Shown: positions 20,885-30,875 of the stretch, piece after piece
Layout of the letters: each line of letters begins with the position of its first letter
Numbering within the stretch: position 1 is the first letter of the stretch
Source: Wolbachia endosymbiont of Onchocerca ochengi
GTDB lineage: Bacteria; Pseudomonadota; Alphaproteobacteria; Rickettsiales; Anaplasmataceae
NCBI RefSeq assembly: GCF_000306885.1
Contig: NC_018267.1
Span: 780,001 to 812,000 of the forward strand
Direction of reading: 5' to 3'
Length of the DNA stretch: 32,000 nucleotides
Program-made: the position numbers and the translations under genes
Notes under the pieces: model-generated
Told to the model about the DNA's origin: nothing
Seen by the model: only the letters and a program-made list of their open reading frames with translations
Database searches by the model: none

Positions 20885-21122
20885 TCAATTTCGCGACCCT
20901 GTTAACTTAGCAACGGTAACAACGTTTATACCATTAGCAAGTGGTATTGCTACTTCAGTTTTTCCTTTCTCTATACCGATTTCTATATCTTCCTTTATTG
21001 TTTTTTCTATATTCTTTTAAAAGAGCAACAGCGCTCTACTAGCTTGTTAATTGTTTTGCTTCATTTTAAGGGAATTTAGGTAATTCAATAGATATAAATT
21101 GAAAGTCTTGTAAGCTGTACTT
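20885..21122 (-). pseudogene. C-terminal remnant of Rpn-family (PD-(D/E)XK) recombination-promoting nuclease/putative transposase
   Basis: Minus-strand hand translation: YSLQDFQFISIELPKFP, NKLVERCCSFLKE-like (FIELPKF...WxxFx), then EKTIKEDIEIGIEKGKTEVAIPLANGINVVTVAKLTGSRN*, matching the characteristic C-terminal 'GIEKGKxEVAKxLLANGIxIxxIxKxTGL' tail. Frames interrupted by stops. Confidence 0.65.
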
Positions 21123-21517
21123 ATTAGTTTTATTATCTCAGAAAATAAAACACAGCTCGAGGTTCAATAAAGAAGACCTCTTAAAATAAGCTGTGGCAGC
21201 GTAATATTGAGTGCGTTTTTAAAGCTTTTATTATGAGTAAGCTATATTTCTGACCATAAATCTGTTATCAACAAAACCTTGATATTAGTATACCTTAAAA
21301 TATCGTTCAAAAGATGAACAAGGACATTTTTTTTCTCTGTAACAAAGACTTTTTTGAACTTCAGACCCAGTTTTGGATCGAGGAATTTTGAAAAGGTTAC
21401 ACTAAACCAGTTTAAAAAGTACTATCAATAATATGATACTTTCTATAAACATTTAATCACATTTTTTAACTTGCAATTTTGAATTAACTTATAACGTGTA
21501 TAGTTTATATCAGAATT

Positions 21518-22789
21518 TTACCAGTCGCATTTTTTATCCTGCGGTTTTATTTGTAATATTGCCACTAAACCGACTAATAAACAGAGAACTATATAAAGCC
21601 CAGCTGCAAAGTTTACTTGAGGAAATGTTATAGTAAACCAAGTGCATATCATAGGAGTAAATCCACCATGAAAAGCAAAAGAGATATTGCGTGATAAACT
21701 CACTCCACTGAATCTAACATTGGTAGGAAAAAGTTCAGATGCAACTATTCCTATAGGGCTTATACCTTTTTCTACTGCAGAAAGGACCATTATACTAAGC
21801 ATAATTATGAGATAACTTTTATAGTAGTACGCAATAGATAATATAGGGCAACATAGTACCATTGTAATCACTATAAACAAAATCGCAGTGCGTTCTTTGC
21901 CTATTCTATCGGCTAACATTCCAAGCGCTATTGCGAATATTGGCATTAGTATACTGGTTATAATCAACATAATCTCATTGACGTATGTTGTTACATATGT
22001 TTTAACTGATACTGTCTCTTTTGCAAGAGTTCGGAGAAATATGGTAAATCCAACAATAACATTAACTGGTACTGATATTAAAACAGCAAGTATAAGACCT
22101 CTCTTATAGTGTTTTATAAGCTCTATTATTGGTAAATTTGGTAGATTTTTTTGCTTTTGATCCTTTTCATACTCTAAAGTTTCTTCCAATGTATATATAC
22201 TACATGTGCTGATTAACCCTAAAATGGCTGAGAAAGTGAACGGCAGTCTCCAACCCCAAGTGTTAAAATCAGTGTTTTTCTTGCAGATGATTACTATCAT
22301 TACAGAAAGCAAGATGCCAATAGAGCGACCTAAACTTGTTATTCCACAAAACGCCCCTAGCTTTTTCTTATCAGGTAAGTGCTCTATTAGATAAACAGAA
22401 CTGCCTCCTTGTTCAGCACCGAACGCAATTCCTTGTGTTACATGGATTGCAAGAAGCAATATAGTAGAAGTTATACCTATTTGATTATAACTTGGAATAA
22501 ATGCAATGAGGCTAGATGGAATCGATATTAACAAGATGGCAATCATTAATGCCATTTTCCTTCCGTACCTATCACCAATATGACCGAATGCAGATGCGCC
22601 AAGTGGTCTTACCATCGCACCCAAACCTGCAATTCCAAATAATTGGAGTATGTTGTAGTAAACATCCTTTGCAGAACAAAACTCCCTGCTGATTATATTA
22701 ACCAGATCAATAAAGAGCATATGATCATACCATATTGTGACTTTGCAGAGTATTATTGCTAACAACGTTTTTGTTTGCTGATTATACAC
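21518..22789 (-). CDS. MFS transporter, proline/glycine betaine transporter (ProP-like)
   Basis: 423-aa multi-TM ORF; VRPLGASAFGHIGDRYGRKMALMIAI (MFS loop 2-3 motif), TQGIAFGAEQGGSSVYLIEHLPDKKK, ASELFPTNVRFSGVSLSRNISFAFHGGFTPMI. Confidence 0.88.
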   Translation of the reverse strand: MYNQQTKTLLAIILCKVTIWYDHMLFIDLVNIISREFCSAKDVYYNILQLFGIAGLGAMVRPLGASAFGHIGDRYGRKMALMIAILLISIPSSLIAFIPSYNQIGITSTILLLAIHVTQGIAFGAEQGGSSVYLIEHLPDKKKLGAFCGITSLGRSIGILLSVMIVIICKKNTDFNTWGWRLPFTFSAILGLISTCSIYTLEETLEYEKDQKQKNLPNLPIIELIKHYKRGLILAVLISVPVNVIVGFTIFLRTLAKETVSVKTYVTTYVNEIMLIITSILMPIFAIALGMLADRIGKERTAILFIVITMVLCCPILSIAYYYKSYLIIMLSIMVLSAVEKGISPIGIVASELFPTNVRFSGVSLSRNISFAFHGGFTPMICTWFTITFPQVNFAAGLYIVLCLLVGLVAILQIKPQDKKCDW

Positions 22790-22959
22790 TAAATTTAACT
22801 TATAAATATTTGCCTATTCCATTGTGGCTGTTTTTTAGAATTTAGTAAAGCTACAACCTTAGGTTGTGGAATTAACTTTTTATTATAGTATGTAATAATT
22901 GAGGTTATTAAAAATTTAGTAGTAAGGTTAAGAGATGAGCCAATTGTAAAAAATCAGTA

Positions 22960-24357
22960 TTATGAAGCATAGTTTCTAACAACCTCAACATCACTGAATT
23001 CAAGAGCTTGACCATTTATGATTTGGAATCTTTCGTGTCCTTTTCCTGCGATCAACAGGATCATGCCTTTATTGTAAGAAATATCTATACCTTTTTCTAT
23101 AGCTTCTTTCCTATCTTCTACCTCTACTGCATCAGGACAATGTAGCAAAATATCACGACGAATTTCTGTTGGATTTTCATCACGTGGATTATCATTTGTG
23201 ATTATAACTTTCTCTGCATACATTTGTGCTATTTTACCCATTTCTGCACGTTTTGCCTGATCGCGATTACCACCACAACCAAAAACTAGAACTATTTTTT
23301 TATTGAAGTGCCATTTTAAAGACAATATCGCTTGTTTAAGTGCACTTGGAGTGTGTGCGTAGTCCACAAACACAAAAGGTTTTACCTTTTCCATTCTTCC
23401 CGGTGGAGAAATAAGCTTATCTATACACATTTTTTTGTAATCCAACCCAGACGAGATAGCTATACCGATTGCACACATTAAATTGCATGCTTGAAATTGT
23501 CCAAAAACTGGAAAAAACACGTTATAAACCTCATTACTGATTCTAATCGTTAGGTATTGGCCATTTAGTGCTGGTACTTGCTTTATTAAAGTAATGTTAG
23601 AGCTTTTTTCCCCATAAGTTATAACTTTGTTGCCACGTTTTTTAGCTATCTTAAGTAATGCATAGTACTTATCTGTATTTGCATTTAAAATTACTGTTTT
23701 TTCTTTTGATAGTACCTCATGAAATAACCTTTTCTTAGCCTTAAAATATTTGCTGATGTTCTGATGATAATCTAAATGATCTTGTGAGAGATTTGTAAAA
23801 GCCGCAGCAGTTAACTCAAGTCCATGAATTCTGTACTGATCAATTCCATGACTTGAAGCCTCTAATGCTAAATACTCTATACCTTTACTATTTATATCAC
23901 ATAGTGTTGCATAAAAGTCATCTGCATCTGGAGTGGTAAGGCTATTATGATTAGCTTTCCTTTCATTATTGGTATACATTCCAAGTGTTCCAATAGACGC
24001 CGCATTATAGCCAGCATTTTGCCAGATCTGACAGCAAAACTCTATCACTGAAGTTTTGCCATTCGTGCCTGTTACAGCAGCAGCATATTTAGGCTGTTTG
24101 AATTGATAAAATCTGCTAACTATTTTGCTATATATTTCTTGAGGATTTGGGTGAAGAATATAAATTCGAGAGTCATGTACCATAAAATTTGCTATTATAG
24201 CTGAAGTTTTTATATCACTTATACACTTTTCATGTTCCTTTGATATACAAACAAAAAGGTAGCCTTCTTTGACTCTCTTAGGGTTACACGTGACACCTTT
24301 GATTTCAATATCAAAAGTAACATCAATAATGTTATACAGTAACTCCCTCAGTTTCAT
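22960..24357 (-). CDS. murE: UDP-N-acetylmuramoyl-L-alanyl-D-glutamate--2,6-diaminopimelate ligase
   Basis: 465-aa ORF; AAVTGTNGKTSVIEFCCQIW, SSHGIDQYRIHGL, FVDYAHTPSALKQAI, VFGCGGNRDQAKRAEMGKIA, and the meso-DAP specificity motif DNPRDENP. Confidence 0.97.
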   Translation of the reverse strand: MKLRELLYNIIDVTFDIEIKGVTCNPKRVKEGYLFVCISKEHEKCISDIKTSAIIANFMVHDSRIYILHPNPQEIYSKIVSRFYQFKQPKYAAAVTGTNGKTSVIEFCCQIWQNAGYNAASIGTLGMYTNNERKANHNSLTTPDADDFYATLCDINSKGIEYLALEASSHGIDQYRIHGLELTAAAFTNLSQDHLDYHQNISKYFKAKKRLFHEVLSKEKTVILNANTDKYYALLKIAKKRGNKVITYGEKSSNITLIKQVPALNGQYLTIRISNEVYNVFFPVFGQFQACNLMCAIGIAISSGLDYKKMCIDKLISPPGRMEKVKPFVFVDYAHTPSALKQAILSLKWHFNKKIVLVFGCGGNRDQAKRAEMGKIAQMYAEKVIITNDNPRDENPTEIRRDILLHCPDAVEVEDRKEAIEKGIDISYNKGMILLIAGKGHERFQIINGQALEFSDVEVVRNYAS

Positions 24358-24373
24358 GCCTTACTTCATCAGC

Positions 24374-25597
24374 TTAAAAAGCTAAACATGGCAGCCTAGC
24401 TAGTGCGGCATCTAAGTCAGAGATTAGATCTTCAGGATCTTCTAGTCCACAAAATATCCGCACGAAACTTCCATCATAATCCAAATGCATTATAGATCTT
24501 GGCATAGATGTACGATTTATTGGTAACATTAAACTATCGCACCCTCCCCAAGAAGCACCAATACTAAAAATTTTCATATGATCAACCATGTAACTGAGCT
24601 CTTCACATAAATACTCTCTATCTAGTACTATACTAAATACGCTACCTGCTCCTTTGAAGTAATTTTTCCACAACTCGTGCTGAGGATGAGAAGGAAGCGC
24701 TGGATATAAAACCTTTTTCACTTTTGGATGCTTCTCTAACCATTTTGCTACTTTCATGGCTGTGCTTTGATGCCTTTTTATGCGTATATGCAATGTTCTA
24801 AGTCCCCTGTGTGCAAGGTAACAATCGTGCGACTGAACAGTGACTCCATAATTCTTATAGCTTTCATAAAGTAATTTAAAAATTTCACCTTCTGCAACAA
24901 CGGCTCCCATCAATAAATCTGAGTGACCGGCTATATACTTTGTAAGTGCGTATAGAGCAACATCAATCCCATAATCAAGGGGTTTAAATAACAAGGGAGT
25001 AGCCCATGAATTGTCACAAACGGTTATGATTTTATGTTCCTTAGCAATTTTTACTATATGCTCTACATCCGAAATCTCAAACGTCACAGAACCTGGAGTT
25101 TCAATCATTATCAATGAAGTATTATTCCTAATCAAACTGGTTATACTCTGCGTTGGATCATAAAAAGTTACTTTTACTCCTCTTTTTGGTAGCTCACTTT
25201 CAACAAATCTTCTAACTCGGTAATAACTATTATCTTGAACCAGAATATGCGAGCCTGCCTTAGCAAAAGTCAGAATAGCAAAAGCAAGCACAAACAACCC
25301 AGAAGGGTAGATCAATGCTTGTCCCCTACCTTCAACTTCAGCAAGCGCATTTGAAAGATAATGAACAGTGGGAGTACCAACATTACTATAACTGTAATCC
25401 CTTAACACACCATCGTTGATTACATCATATATGCTCTTTCCGTTTGCTGCATTTAAGTAGTCCTTGTAAGTAGGAAATAATATAGTAGAAGAATGATAAA
25501 TTGGAGGGTTCATAGAACCTTTATAGTCATTGAATTTTCTTCCTGCTTTAATCAATAAAGATTCTTCTTTCATACTTTTGCTATTTGTTTTTAACAT
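24374..25597 (-). CDS. metC: Cystathionine beta-lyase (Cys/Met metabolism PLP-dependent enzyme)
   Basis: ORF 24374-25636, likely start MLKTNSKSMKEESL at 25597. VCDNSWATPLLFKPLDYGIDVALYALTKYIAGHSDLLMGAVV (PLP lysine motif), RTLHIRIKRHQSTAMKVAKWLEKHPKVKKVLYPALPSHPQHELWK. Confidence 0.93.
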   Translation of the reverse strand: MLKTNSKSMKEESLLIKAGRKFNDYKGSMNPPIYHSSTILFPTYKDYLNAANGKSIYDVINDGVLRDYSYSNVGTPTVHYLSNALAEVEGRGQALIYPSGLFVLAFAILTFAKAGSHILVQDNSYYRVRRFVESELPKRGVKVTFYDPTQSITSLIRNNTSLIMIETPGSVTFEISDVEHIVKIAKEHKIITVCDNSWATPLLFKPLDYGIDVALYALTKYIAGHSDLLMGAVVAEGEIFKLLYESYKNYGVTVQSHDCYLAHRGLRTLHIRIKRHQSTAMKVAKWLEKHPKVKKVLYPALPSHPQHELWKNYFKGAGSVFSIVLDREYLCEELSYMVDHMKIFSIGASWGGCDSLMLPINRTSMPRSIMHLDYDGSFVRIFCGLEDPEDLISDLDAALARLPCLAF

Positions 25598-25865
25598 TGT
25601 ATTCGCTTTGCGTATAGAAATGAAGAGAAATTGCATGTATTAGCTCTATTTCGCTTTTTAGTAATCCATAAATCAATCTGTGTCTTTTTAAAGCGTTCAT
25701 TCCGATAAAGCTATTAGATATCAATATTAGCCTGATGTGTGAAGGTAATGCTGAAGATGAAGCAAAATAATGATCTGCATGTTCTATAGACTCATCAATA
25801 ATATCAATATCAATTATATCTATTGAATTTCTTATTTTTTCTTTTATCACTTTAATGATACTCAT
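25581..25865 (-). CDS. BolA family protein
   Basis: 94-aa ORF; DESIEHADHY...HIRLILISNSFIGMNALKRHRLIYGLLKSEI..IHAISLHFYTQSE matches the BolA fold pattern (H..H.., F.G...V.RHR.VY..L..E....IHAL.I...T). Confidence 0.88.
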   Translation of the reverse strand: MSIIKVIKEKIRNSIDIIDIDIIDESIEHADHYFASSSALPSHIRLILISNSFIGMNALKRHRLIYGLLKSEIELIHAISLHFYTQSEYNVKNK

Positions 25866-26381
25866 ATTGTTGTTGAAATGTTGAACCTCATGTAAAACTA
25901 TTTAATAAAAATTAGAACCTTTCGTATAAAAAAGACAAATTGCTATAGCAAGAACATCAGCAGCATGGTGACACTTTATATTTAAGTTGTCAACCACCTA
26001 TCTCACTATAAATATAATCTGATCTTTATTAGTGTGGCCATTTCAGTAATACTTTTTTACATAATTTACGTCATATTCATTTATGATCAGCTCTGTCATT
26101 TCTAACACTAAAATTATGATTTCTCTTGCATATTGTAAAATTAGCGAAGATTTTTAGATTTTTATTAACAAAAATTCTCTCCACTGAGCTTCATTTGGAG
26201 AATATAAAGAAATTAACTTTTTAATTATTCAAAAATTATATGCAGGTGTGTTTACCTACGCTGAGCTTCTGTTGGTGATGTAATATTACTACCCAAAATT
26301 CAATACTACTTTTTTTACTTAAATTAATAATAATCATCTAGTCTTTATTTATCCGTGATCAAGATCTATTATTTTAACTAT

Positions 26382-27209
26382 TCAATAAACGCTTAACCAA
26401 TATACAAACACAAACACAAATATCCAGACTATATCTACAAAATGCCAGTACCAAGAAGCAAATTCAAAGCATAAATGGTTCTGAGGTGTAAATTGATCTT
26501 TCTGCGCTCTAAATAAACACACTAATAAGAATATTATTCCTATTATAACGTGCACACAGTGAAATCCAGTAATCATATAAAAATTGGATACATAGATTAG
26601 CTTTTCTCCTGTTTCTTGTAGAGAAAAACTTGCCTCATGATACTCTATTGCTTGCACTATTGTAAAAAATACCCCAAGCAATATAGTTATAGACAACATT
26701 TTAACCATATTCTCTTTATCATTTTTAAGTAAAAAGTGATGTGCCGAGGTGATTGTTGTACTAGAAAGTAATAATACTAATGTATTCATGAACGGTAATG
26801 ACCACGGATTAAGAGGTAGAATTCCTTTAGGAGGCCATTTAACTTTATCTGTGGGAGAAAATCCTTCAAACAAAAAAACTGGATCAAGCCAGGCTTTAAA
26901 GAATGAACAAAAGAACGACACAAAAAACATGACTTCTGAAAGGATAAATAAATACATTGCAATCTTGAGTCCATGTTTTACAATTGCAGTATGGCATTTA
27001 TCGTAAATAGCTTCTTTTATTACGTCCTTCCACCAATAAAACAACACTCCTGATATAGTAGAGATTCCTAAAACTAAACCAAATATTCCAGAAATTTGTT
27101 TATGGAACGTGCTAACTAATCCAAGCACAAGAATAAGAATTGCTGCTGATATAGCAATTGGCCAAGGACTTGGATCCACTAAATGAAAATCATGTTCTTT
27201 ACTTCTCAT
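26382..27209 (-). CDS. coxC: Cytochrome c oxidase subunit III
   Basis: 275-aa ORF; HDFHLVDPSPWPIAISAAI, YILSEVMFFVSFFCSFFKAW, HAIEYHEASF-like segment, FYMITGFHCVHVIIGIIFL, ASWYWHFVDIVWIFVFVFVYW. Confidence 0.96.
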   Translation of the reverse strand: MRSKEHDFHLVDPSPWPIAISAAILILVLGLVSTFHKQISGIFGLVLGISTISGVLFYWWKDVIKEAIYDKCHTAIVKHGLKIAMYLFILSEVMFFVSFFCSFFKAWLDPVFLFEGFSPTDKVKWPPKGILPLNPWSLPFMNTLVLLLSSTTITSAHHFLLKNDKENMVKMLSITILLGVFFTIVQAIEYHEASFSLQETGEKLIYVSNFYMITGFHCVHVIIGIIFLLVCLFRAQKDQFTPQNHLCFEFASWYWHFVDIVWIFVFVFVYWLSVY

Positions 27210-28488
27210 ACCATCTTCAAGAATAGATATTAAGCATACAGATTAACTTAAAATTGTCAATGTTGCTTAAGAAATTGATTAAATTTTAGGAAATTGCATG
27301 TGTATTGTTAATAATCTAATTCATATTGTATACTTATTTTAAATAGCTCAAGCATTCTGTTTCTTTCATTCTTACTAAATTTTTATAATACCCACCAACA
27401 ATATTTCCTAAAGTGATACATCCGTCTATCCTCTTCATATCTATTATTTTCTTAAATCTACTTCCTATATTATCAATGATAATCTTGCATATAAATCTGT
27501 AAGACTACAAAACTATTATAGTTTCACAAATATCTCTTATATATTGATCCTTGTGTCACTTTGGTAATAGAACTTAAAATTTTCCATGTTTAGAATACTT
27601 TAGAATACTGCTCATTAATTTAATATTAAAAAGTTAACTAACAGCAATTCTTGGTTATATTATTAGGCATATAAAAATACTAAAAAAACTAGGGTTTTGA
27701 TATGAATAATTCTATGCTAGGTTAGCATTAACAAGTTGTGCTACAACCATTATTTCGTTCTAAAACTCTATTTCAAGCTGCAGCCTATTACAAAAGATTC
27801 TAACATGTTTTTTCGTTCATCATTATTGTATTTTTTTTATACAGACAGACTGTTCGTGATCTTAATCATATTATCTCGTATTATCGATTATGTTATTTAT
27901 TATATCAGTGCTAAAAAAGTCTATATCCATTTCTGATATTTGTTGTTAGTAGTAGTGTTACCTTTCACAATATGGCAAAATAACTCTTTAATGTATAAAG
28001 AAGCATGAGCAAGGTGCTGCTCAACTTTCAGTAACAGAATTATGATATGTAATATGCATAAGGAAGCTAATAAAAGCTACTAAGCAAGACCATGACTTTT
28101 CATAGTTATCAGATAAGTTACAACTTGTGAGCAAAAGTACTACCAACTATATAAGTTGGCCTATTTATTATCTCAATGTATCAACTTTAGTTACAATAGT
28201 TAATAAAGCACGAGTGCAATGATTTAACTATATATAAAAAAAAACTGCTGGTAGTAGGATTTGAATTTTTTATAGTCTAACGCGTTGTTTGCTAACTCAA
28301 TCTTGAAAAGGATGTTCTTTTCCATCGATAAAATTTGATGATTCTTTTATAGCTATGTCATATAATCCTTCCTTTGTTTTGTTATGCACTTCATTGCCTC
28401 ATAAATGAAAATTGCTGTTAGTATAGCATTATTATTATAAAAGTGCTAATTATACTAAGCTAGTATAGTATATCAATGTTAAGTTAAA

Positions 28489-29670
28489 TCAAAAACTTTG
28501 GTAGTCTAAAGAAATCTTTTTATTGCTTTCTATATTAAATTCTTTATGAAGAGCACTAGACAAATTTGTGTCTTCCCAAGAAAATCTACCATCTTTTCCT
28601 GATTTTTTACCGAAGTGTCCATAATAGGATGTACGTTTATATATAGGACGGTTAAGGGATAAATGTTTAATGATACCTTTAGTCGATAAATCTATATTAC
28701 TTTCAATAAACTTTTTAATCCTTTTTTCGTCCACCATATTTGTACCAAATGTATCAATGTAGAATGAAGTAGGTTTTGATATACCAATTGCATAAGAAAG
28801 CTGCACAAGACAACGCTCAGCTAAACCTGCAAAAACAATATTTTTAGCAAGATATCTTGCCATATAAGCTGCAGATCTATCAACTTTTGTTGCATCTTTT
28901 CCGGAAAACGCTCCTCCACCATGTGGGATATGCCCTCCATAAGTATCAACCATAATTTTTCGTCCGGTTAATCCACAATCGCCAGCAGGTCCACCAACAA
29001 CGAACCTACCAGTTGGATTGACTAGGAGATTCTCCTCAGGGCACATCCACCCTTTAGGTAAAGACGAAACTATGTAAGGGTAAATTGTTTTTCTTACTTT
29101 TAACTGATCCAGGTCTTCTGGATGTTGTATTGAAACAACAATACTTTCAGCACGCACTGGAAGATTGTTCTCATACACTAAGGTGACCTGCGATTTTGCA
29201 TCTGGCCCAAGTTTTTCTTTTCTAACCGCATTCATGATGTTTTTCAGAATTGAATGCGCATAAAAAATGGGTGCCGGCATAAGGCTCTCTGTCTCTGTTG
29301 TTGCATAGCCATACATTATGCCCTGATCCCCAGCGCCTTGATCCACTCCTGCTGCAATATCATTTGATTGTTTATGTAACAATATATTTACTTCCACCTT
29401 TCTCCAGTGGAAACCATCGTGCTCGTAACCAATATTTTTTATTGTATTCCTTACGATATTTTCAATTCTACCATTTTCAATATTAGGTCCAAATACCTCT
29501 CCCGCTATAATAACATTACCTTTGGTAACTAAAGTTTCTATTGCAGTTCGTGAGTGAGGGTCAGAGAAAAGGTATTCGTCAAGTATTGCATCTGAAATTT
29601 GATCTGCCACTTTATCTGGATGACCAGCTGCAACTGATTCACTAGTTATTAAATTTTTATGTAAACTCAT
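28489..29670 (-). CDS. metK: S-adenosylmethionine synthetase
   Basis: 393-aa ORF; TSESVAAGHPDKVADQISDAILDEYL, GAGDQGIMYGYA, GGGAFSGKDATKVDRSAAYMARYLAKNIV, GHFGK. Confidence 0.98.
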   Translation of the reverse strand: MSLHKNLITSESVAAGHPDKVADQISDAILDEYLFSDPHSRTAIETLVTKGNVIIAGEVFGPNIENGRIENIVRNTIKNIGYEHDGFHWRKVEVNILLHKQSNDIAAGVDQGAGDQGIMYGYATTETESLMPAPIFYAHSILKNIMNAVRKEKLGPDAKSQVTLVYENNLPVRAESIVVSIQHPEDLDQLKVRKTIYPYIVSSLPKGWMCPEENLLVNPTGRFVVGGPAGDCGLTGRKIMVDTYGGHIPHGGGAFSGKDATKVDRSAAYMARYLAKNIVFAGLAERCLVQLSYAIGISKPTSFYIDTFGTNMVDEKRIKKFIESNIDLSTKGIIKHLSLNRPIYKRTSYYGHFGKKSGKDGRFSWEDTNLSSALHKEFNIESNKKISLDYQSF

Positions 29671-30212
29671 TCTTTAGTTTTTTATTTATACAATAAGAGT
29701 TATTATAGAAAATATAGTTAGTAATTGCTAGACGAATGGACCTTATGGTACAAAAGCTATTTCTCATGGCCTTGCTTACTAATTTGATAAACTAGACTGT
29801 ATAGGATGCGTTTTTTACCGCCTTCTATTCAGTTAAGGTATCTACTGTGTTGAGAGTTAACAGAAAAATTAATCTAAACTAACAGAATAAAGTTTAATTA
29901 AGTCAATAAAAGATTTTTTATTGTCACTAGCTCCAATCAAACTCTACTAAATGAGAGGTAAAAACTTAGATGATCTTTTCTAGTTTGTGAGCGATACCTT
30001 AGTAAAGTCAAAAAGATACATTAACTAATAGGCTAATGTTTATACTATAAAATACTGATAAGGCTAATACTTTTCATGTGGCTGTTATAAATGGTTATTG
30101 AGATATTATAGAAATTTTTCTAGATGAGAGTATTATAGTGCATATGTAAATGTTTCTGACTTTTCTAAGCTTTCTGTGCGTTAAGAAGTAGGTATTACTA
30201 TACTTATATTAG

Positions 30213-30875
30213 TATAAATCATTATACACCGCTGTATTACGCTTCCTATTATGATGAATTGGAGGTTATAAGATTCTCTTTGTGGAGGAGGATAAATGCT
30301 TATGTTGCGTTTAGCATTGATGGATCTGAGGCTTTATACATATTGCCGCTTTAAATGGAGATAAGAATGTCATAGTAGAATTTCTCCTCAATCAAAAGGA
30401 TCAAATGTGTTAATGATACTGATAAAGAGAGTTTGGACATCTTTGTATTTCACTTGCTCAAGGGAAATATTTAAAAGTTGTAAAACTCTTTATTAGAAAA
30501 GGAGCAAATATTAATATTACCAGAGAAATAGGTTTACACTGTTATACTTTGCTACTCAAGAAGATCACTCGACACTGTCAGAAAGAGTTATTCAAGTGAT
30601 TCGGTATTACTTTCTCCTTATAAAAAGCTATATCATACTATTAACACATTTTAAGAAAAAGCAACAAGAAAGGTTTTTATGTAGCATTTTTAATGCAGAT
30701 ATAAAATAAGTTCTCTAATTTACTTTTTTTAAAGGAGCATGGAGCTAAAATGTATAGTGAACATACAGTAATTACACGTAGCTTATTTCAAACTTTATTA
30801 TCACAAGGCAGCAAATTGCTTCTAAAAAACTTAGAAACCTTAACTAAAATTTATAAGCGTATCGCCACAGGGTAA
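30213..30875 (+). pseudogene. Ankyrin-repeat protein relic
   Basis: Frame-shifting hand translation on + strand: YTPLYYASYYDELEVIRF/LVEED.., LHIAALNGDKNVIVEFLLNQKGSNVNDTDKES..TSLYFTCSREYLKVVKLFIRKGANINITREIGLH, ..NADIK../LLFLKEHGAKMYSEHTVITRSLFQTLLSQGSKLLLKNLETLTKIYKRIATG*. The TPLxxA...(V/I)xxLLxxGAxxN periodicity is clear but stops and shifts interrupt it. Boundaries approximate. Confidence 0.65.

Noticed and set aside
26749-27006. 85-aa plus-strand ORF and similar small ORFs listed inside other genes
   Set aside because: Antisense shadows of coxC, pdhA, argS, nhaC-like, murE and other confident genes.
27736-27936. 66-aa plus-strand ORF (MCYNHYFVLKLYFKLQP...)
   Set aside because: Composition is Tyr/Phe/Ile/Leu-rich as expected from random AT-rich DNA, with no motif or clear ribosome binding site.
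28297-28400. Short minus-strand frame GNEVHNKTKEGLYDIAIKESSNFIDGKEHPFQD*
   Set aside because: About 33 codons with no start and no family recognised; may be a relic but not supportable.
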